DNA of 64,000 nt from the human T2T-CHM13v2.0 reference genome, Homo sapiens, in the NCBI RefSeq assembly GCF_009914755.1, contig NC_060932.1. The stretch is one strand, 5' to 3'. The position numbers were made by a program, and so were the translations under genes. A model generated the notes under the pieces. The model saw only the letters and a program-made list of their open reading frames with translations, made no database searches and was not told the origin of the DNA. How positions within the stretch are numbered: position 1 is the first letter of the stretch; each line of letters begins with the position of its first letter. Shown here one piece after another: positions 58,219 to 64,000 of this stretch.

Positions 58219-60458
58219 TACCCTATAATGTATGCAAATAATATAAAAAACAAACTTTTATTTACCTCAAGTGATTATAAACAAACATTTATCCATTCCC
58301 ACCTTGAGCCTTTCAGAATTTCAAAAACTACCAGGAGAAGGGGAGCAAGCAGATGGATGGAAAGTGGGAAGAAGTCAGCATTCATTTAAATCTCTTTCCA
58401 TCTTTCAAAAAACATGGAATAATTTATCTAAAAGAAAGAAAGATAAAGAGATAAAGGGGAAAAAGAAAATGTCACTTGAGAATAAAATGTTTGATTTTTA
58501 ATATCTTCAAGCAATAGAATTTAAAGTTCCTATGATTATGTCACTTGATTGCAGAACATTTAAATGAATGAATTCTGAAAATAAGTAGTGCCAGACTCCC
58601 AAAAATGTGTAATGTATTTTATAATAAGGCTGATAGGTCAATTAACTTGGTAAGAGATGAAATTTCATACATACAGCCTTAAAAATTTTATGTGTAGCTA
58701 TGTAGTTACTTCAAAGATAGGTTTCACCTTCTGTGAAACTCCTAGTGGCAGCATACCTATTTAGTAAGGACAAACCACCAGGCCTGGAAAAGGAAAATAA
58801 TGTGAATAATCAATTTGTCAAGAACCTGTAAATAAATAAAAGTGTTATTTTACTTATCTCATACACCCAGAGCTTATTTATTAATAAATTTTCTGAGCTC
58901 AAAAAGGAAAATGCTCAGCTAGACCTGAATATTTTTCTACCTTCACTATAAAATCTCAACTTTTATGTTCAGTGTTAATGAAAGTGATATAAGTATATAG
59001 AAAAGAGAACAGGCACTGAATTATTTATAAAGGTGAATAATAAAAAAGCGTAGGGAAACTGGGTACCTTGGAAGATGGTGATGAAATATGAATCATTGTC
59101 TTGATGACTTCTGATCACTGGTTTGATTAATAGACCTCCGTAATCATCAGATTAAATCAGTTCCCTTACCAGAATGCATATATAAATTTGTAGTAAGAAT
59201 AACTAATTTGTTTTACTCCATATAAATAGCTTTTGTTATGTTCAAAATTTACTTTGGAAGCCAGCATACATGGCAAATTAAAACAGATATATAGTGTGTA
59301 TCATAAGGCAGGAAGGAAAATATGCATTGCTAAAATTGTCAACCCTTATATTATCTACAATCTTATGAATACTTAAACAATATCCTCAACTCATCCTTAC
59401 TTAACAATGTGATGTGACAGAAAAAAAAAATGCCACAGGTTAGGGATCCTCCGGCAACTGTAGATCAGTGCATATGGTACATCATTACCAGGCTGATTTT
59501 AATGGGGTTTTAGAGCTTTAAATTTGACATCACAGTTGGCGCTGATATGCATTTTACTGTTATTGCCTTCTCTTTGGCAAATAAGGATAATTGATGATTT
59601 TAGTGGATTTTGAGATTTCAAAGCAATGTCTATATTTAGCTTTGATTTTGATTTTTTGCACTATCTCCAGTTGTTCCCAAGTTCAATTTTCATGGGTAAT
59701 TGTTATTTAAACTGAACACCAGGAATTCAGTTTTAAAATCATTTTAATGTTTAATTCATTTATTGTCAGGTTGGAGTATCCAACCTAATACCATCTTTTT
59801 GATATTAGCATATAATATCTGATTCTCTATTTTTATCATGTAACCAAATACATTATGAAAATTCTAAAATTTTATTGTAATTTTTATTCTTGATTTTCTG
59901 TTAGTTCATATCAAATAATTTAAGGAGCAAAAATATTAAAGTTGCATATACTGACTTCTAAGTCTTCCAATTTGTGAAAATCATCATAATTTCTATATTT
60001 TCTGAACTCTTAGGAGGTATATATTTAATATCAGTAAATTTAATACAAAAGTATATTATAAATCTTTTCTAAATCATTTAGATGTATATCCATAATGCTT
60101 CCATAGTAATACTGTAATTGACCTAAGGACCAGGAGTGTATCTCACACTACCTTTATATTTCTCAAAGCTAATGACATAATACCTGGCATATAAGACTTT
60201 CCCAGGGAATTTCTACTAGAAATACTACAGATTGAAAAGGATCAAAGGAAGACATCAAGTTCCACCCTGACCTTTCCATTTTGAAATAGTGAAATTTCTG
60301 GAATACAAGTGGAGCACATTCCACCTGAACTAAGGTGATGGCTTCTCACTAAAAAATGAAGGCAGGAGACCTGACCATTGTTTGGGTAAGGATGTAAAAT
60401 AGAAACGTACTTACTCCCTTGGGAAATTTTCTCCACTAAACTTTGATTGCATGTAAAC

Positions 60459-60536
60459 TATTATTTCATGTAACCTCATTTTTAGCAACACATTTCATGT
60501 ATTATTTCATGTAACCTCGTTTTTAGCAAAACATTT
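60459..60536. repeat. 41-bp-period tandem duplication
   Basis: tattatttcatgtaacctc(a/g)tttttagcaa(c/a)acattt occurs twice, with 2 mismatches. Confidence 0.9.
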
Positions 60537-61742
60537 AAGGCAATAATAATCAACTTGTAATAAGTGCTCTGTAAATGTTTTTATTTGTAAGGAATTGAAC
60601 ACAATTAAGTTATAAAATGAATGTAGTTTCAGAATAATACTACACTTCACAAAATGAATAATTGGACATTCTGAAGCTTATTAAAATATATAATATTTAA
60701 AACATTTCAATTTCTGTAACATCAATATTACCAACACTTCATGAATTCTTATGCAGATCATAATTATAGGCACTGTGATCTCAAATGCACTCTAGGACAT
60801 GGTATATCAGTTGATTACACTGTGGTCATTTCCCTTTCTTCTTTCTCTGTAGAAGCCTGTCTTGTAAAGGTATTCCCCACCCCTTCTTCCAATCTCAACT
60901 CTAATTTTTACCAAATGGAAAATGTCTGAACCAGCCTTGGGGAAAGCTAACATCACCTTTGGAACCAGGGGTTCAATAATGAACATGAACAAATTCAGGA
61001 CAATCAGATGCAAGAAGTATGTTGTGAGCCTTTAGACAAAATTCCCACTGTCTAAAGAGGAAGACTTAGGAAACAATGATTTCTTTTTTTCCTTTGATTT
61101 TGCCGAGTTATGATGTATGAATATGGCCCTTGCAATCACAGCAATGTTCTTACTATAGGCGCATGAATGAAGCCATATAGTGAATGTTGGTGATTGATGG
61201 GATTCTCATTGAGCCACTATATTAACCAATTTAAACCACCTTTCATTTATCATATACAAATACCTTTGGACTTCCTGCTATGCACAAAAATGCATGTTAT
61301 TAACATTACATGAGCCAAGTCTGATGGAAGTTTTTCAGTTATTTGCAGATCAAACACATCCTATCTCATGTCCCATGAACTTCAGTAACTCTTGAGCATT
61401 TGTTGAGAAATACACATAAAATTATAATAATTGACATTGAGAGTTTACCATTTGCCTGGTACAGGACTCATTACTTTTAAGTGTGTTACCTCAATAATCC
61501 TCCCACCAACACACAAAAGCTAAGATATATATATGCCATATTTTATGAACAGAGAAACTAGGACTTATATTCTAAGTCACAGAACCAGGATTTGAACTCA
61601 GACAGTTTGACTTAAGAGCTCAAGTTATGCCTCTTCTCTAAAAGGTTATGTATTCTCACAAGAAACTCAAAGATTTAGTGAGTTCCATATACTATTTCAG
61701 ATATGGAATTTGCAAGTCAGAAAATAGGAAACAAATTGAGTA

Positions 61743-61826
61743 TAAGGTTGGTCCAAAATTAATTGCTGTTTTGCTGCTGTTTTTAATGGCAAAATTAAAA
61801 ACTCAAATTCTATCTACCAACCTGAT
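61743..61826. mobile_element. MADE1-like mariner MITE
   Basis: taaggttggtccaaaattaattgc ... accaacctga palindromic termini, ~80 bp, TA flanks. Confidence 0.75.
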
Positions 61827-61856
61827 AGAATTTGAGTAGGAAGCATGAAGAGAAGG

Positions 61857-63580
61857 TGTATTAGTCTCATCATAGTGCTATGACAAAATACCTGAGAGTA
61901 GGTAATTTATTGTTTAACATTTCCTTCATTTATTGTTTGCAGATGATTATTTAATTGTCCCAATGTCTTTTTTTTTCAACTTTATTTCAGGTTCGGGGGT
62001 ACATGTGCAGATTTGTTACATGAGTAAATTGCATAATGCTGGGGCTTAATATCCAAATGATTACATCAACAAAGTAGTGAGCATAGTATCCAACAGTTAA
62101 CTTTTCAAAACTCACCCCCTTCTTACCCTCCCCTCCCGGTAGTCCCCATTGTCTGTTGTTTTCATCTTTGTATCCTTGTGTACTCAATATTTAGCTCCCA
62201 CTTATAAGTAAAACCATGTAGTATTTGGTGTTCTGTTACTGAGTTAATTCACCTATGATGATGGCCTCCAGCTCCATCCATATTGTTGCAAAGGTCATAA
62301 TTTCATTCTTTTTATAGCTACCTAGTATTCCATAGTCTACATGTACCACTTTTTTTTTTTTTTTTTTATCCAGCCCAGCGTTGCTGGGAAACTAGGTTGA
62401 TTCCATCTATTTGCTATTGTGAATAGTGCCATGATAAACATGAGCTCAGGAGAATTTCTGGTAGAATGATTTTTTTTTTCTTTTGGATATATACCTAGTA
62501 ATGGGATTGCTGGGCTGATTGATAGTTCTAAGTTATTTGAGAAATCTCCAAACTGATTTCCACAGTGGCTGAACTAATTTACCTTCCCACCAACAATACA
62601 AATATTCTGTTTTCTCCAGAACCTCACCAACATCTTTTATTTTTTACTTTTAGTAATAGCCATTCTAACTTGTATAAGATAGTATCTCATTGTGATTTTG
62701 ATTTGCATTTCTCTGACGATTAGTGGTGATGAGCATTTTTTCAGTTATTTGTTGGCCACATGTGTCTTCTTTTGAGAAGTATCTGTTCACGGCTTTTGAC
62801 CATTTTTTAATGGGGTTATTTGTTTTTTGCTAACTAAATTGTTTAAGTTCCTTATAGATCCTGGATATTAGATCTTTGTCACATGCGTAGTTTGTGAATA
62901 TTTTCTCCCATTCTATAGCTTGCCAGTTTTTTCTGTTGAAAGTTTCTTTTGCTGTGCAGAAGCCAGTTAGTTTAATTAGATTAGGTCCCACTTACCAAAT
63001 TTTGTTTTTGTTGCCGCTACTTTTTGGGGCTTACTCATAAATTATTTGTCAAGGCTGTTGTCCAGAATGGTATTTCCCAGATTTTCTTCTACAATTTTTA
63101 TAGTCTTAGGTCTTACATTTAAGTCTTTAATCCATTTTAATTTAATGTTTATATATGGAAATGTAGGGGTTCATTTTCAATCTTTTGCATATGGCTAGCC
63201 AGTTACCCCCGTACCATTTATTGAATAGGGAATCCTGATCCTGGATAATTTATAAACAATATACATTTGTACCTCACAGTTCTGGAGGCTGGGAAGTCCA
63301 AGATCAAGATGCCATTAGTTTTGGTGTCTGGTGAGGGCCTGGTCTCTGCTTTTAAGAAAGCACCTTGAATGCTGTGTTCTCACATGGTGGAAAGGATGGA
63401 GGGTACAAAGAGACTTACCTATCTCTCTCCAGTCCTTTTATAAGAAACTAATCCCATCCACAATGGCAGATCCCTCATAGCCTGAATACCTCCTAAAGGC
63501 CCCATCTCTTAAACCTGTTGCACTGGGGATTAAGTTTCAACACGAAAGTTGGAGGAGACACAAATATTCAACCTATAGCA
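61857..63580 (-). mobile_element. MST/MLT1A-type MaLR solo LTR split by an L1 (pieces 61857-61910 and 63237-63580)
   Basis: Termini tgtattagtc / ctatagca with perfect 5-bp TSD GAAGG (61852-61856, 63581-63585). Confidence 0.85.
61968..63236 (-). mobile_element. 5'-truncated L1PA15/16-like LINE-1
   Basis: Poly(T), ggttcgggggtacatgtgcag...gtagtgagcatagta 3'UTR, then an ORF2 C-terminal remnant colinear with 9000-9935. Confidence 0.88.
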
Positions 63581-63769
63581 GAAGGACAGGTAAAAATAGC
63601 CAGGATACAGTAAAAAAAAATTCAGACAAAGGGCAGGGTGTGAACAAAAACAAAGGTGGAAATGAGGTTGTTCTTTTCTTTTCTTTTCCTTTCTTTTCTT
63701 TTGAAGGGTGGTGATAGTGCCACGATTCATGAGAAGATTGAGATAAAGAACACTTAGAGGACTGGTGGG

Positions 63770-64000
63770 TAATATAGCCGAGAAAATAATGCCGCTTCCC
63801 CCACAAAGATGTTCACACTGTAATTCCAGATACCTGTGAATATGTTATCTTAATTGCAAAATAAATTTTGTAGGTGTGATTAAAAGTTATAGACCCTGAA
63901 ACGGAGGGATTACCCCAGAATATATGGGTAAGATCAATCTATTCACATGAGCCATGATTCCAGTCATCAGAGAACTTTCTTCTGCTGGAAGAGAATAAGA
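63770..64000 (+). mobile_element. MLT1D/E-like LTR 5' part (runs off window)
   Basis: aataatgcc...caaagatgttcac...acctgtgaatatgttatctta...gtgtgattaa. Confidence 0.75.

Overview
AT-rich, gene-poor primate genomic DNA. AluY and L1PA2/L1PA3 diagnostics point to human or another great ape. I can support no host protein-coding exon, RNA gene or CRISPR array. The window is dominated by interspersed repeats: a full-length but inactivated L1PA3-like LINE-1 (8672-14667, minus), a young twin-primed L1PA2-like insertion with a 15-bp TSD, older L1s (L1MA, L1MB/ME, L1PA15/16), seven Alus, solo LTRs (THE1, MST/MLT, MER21, MER52, MER31/67-like) and DNA transposon relics (MER75, Tigger3/4, MER44, MADE1, MER58). 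All long ORFs derive from L1. I found no new gene system. The most unusual signals are mutational scars: a three-segment, microhomology-joined templated insertion in an (AT)n tract (23247-23600), a second templated copy beside an (AT)n tract (41658-41707), fold-back duplications, a perfect 150-bp tandem duplication inside an old L1, an Alu-associated ~2.35-kb L1 deletion, an AluS/AluY mosaic with intact TSD, and two AG|GT recursive-splice-like motifs. Subfamily names come from recalled consensus diagnostics and need RepeatMasker/Dfam confirmation.
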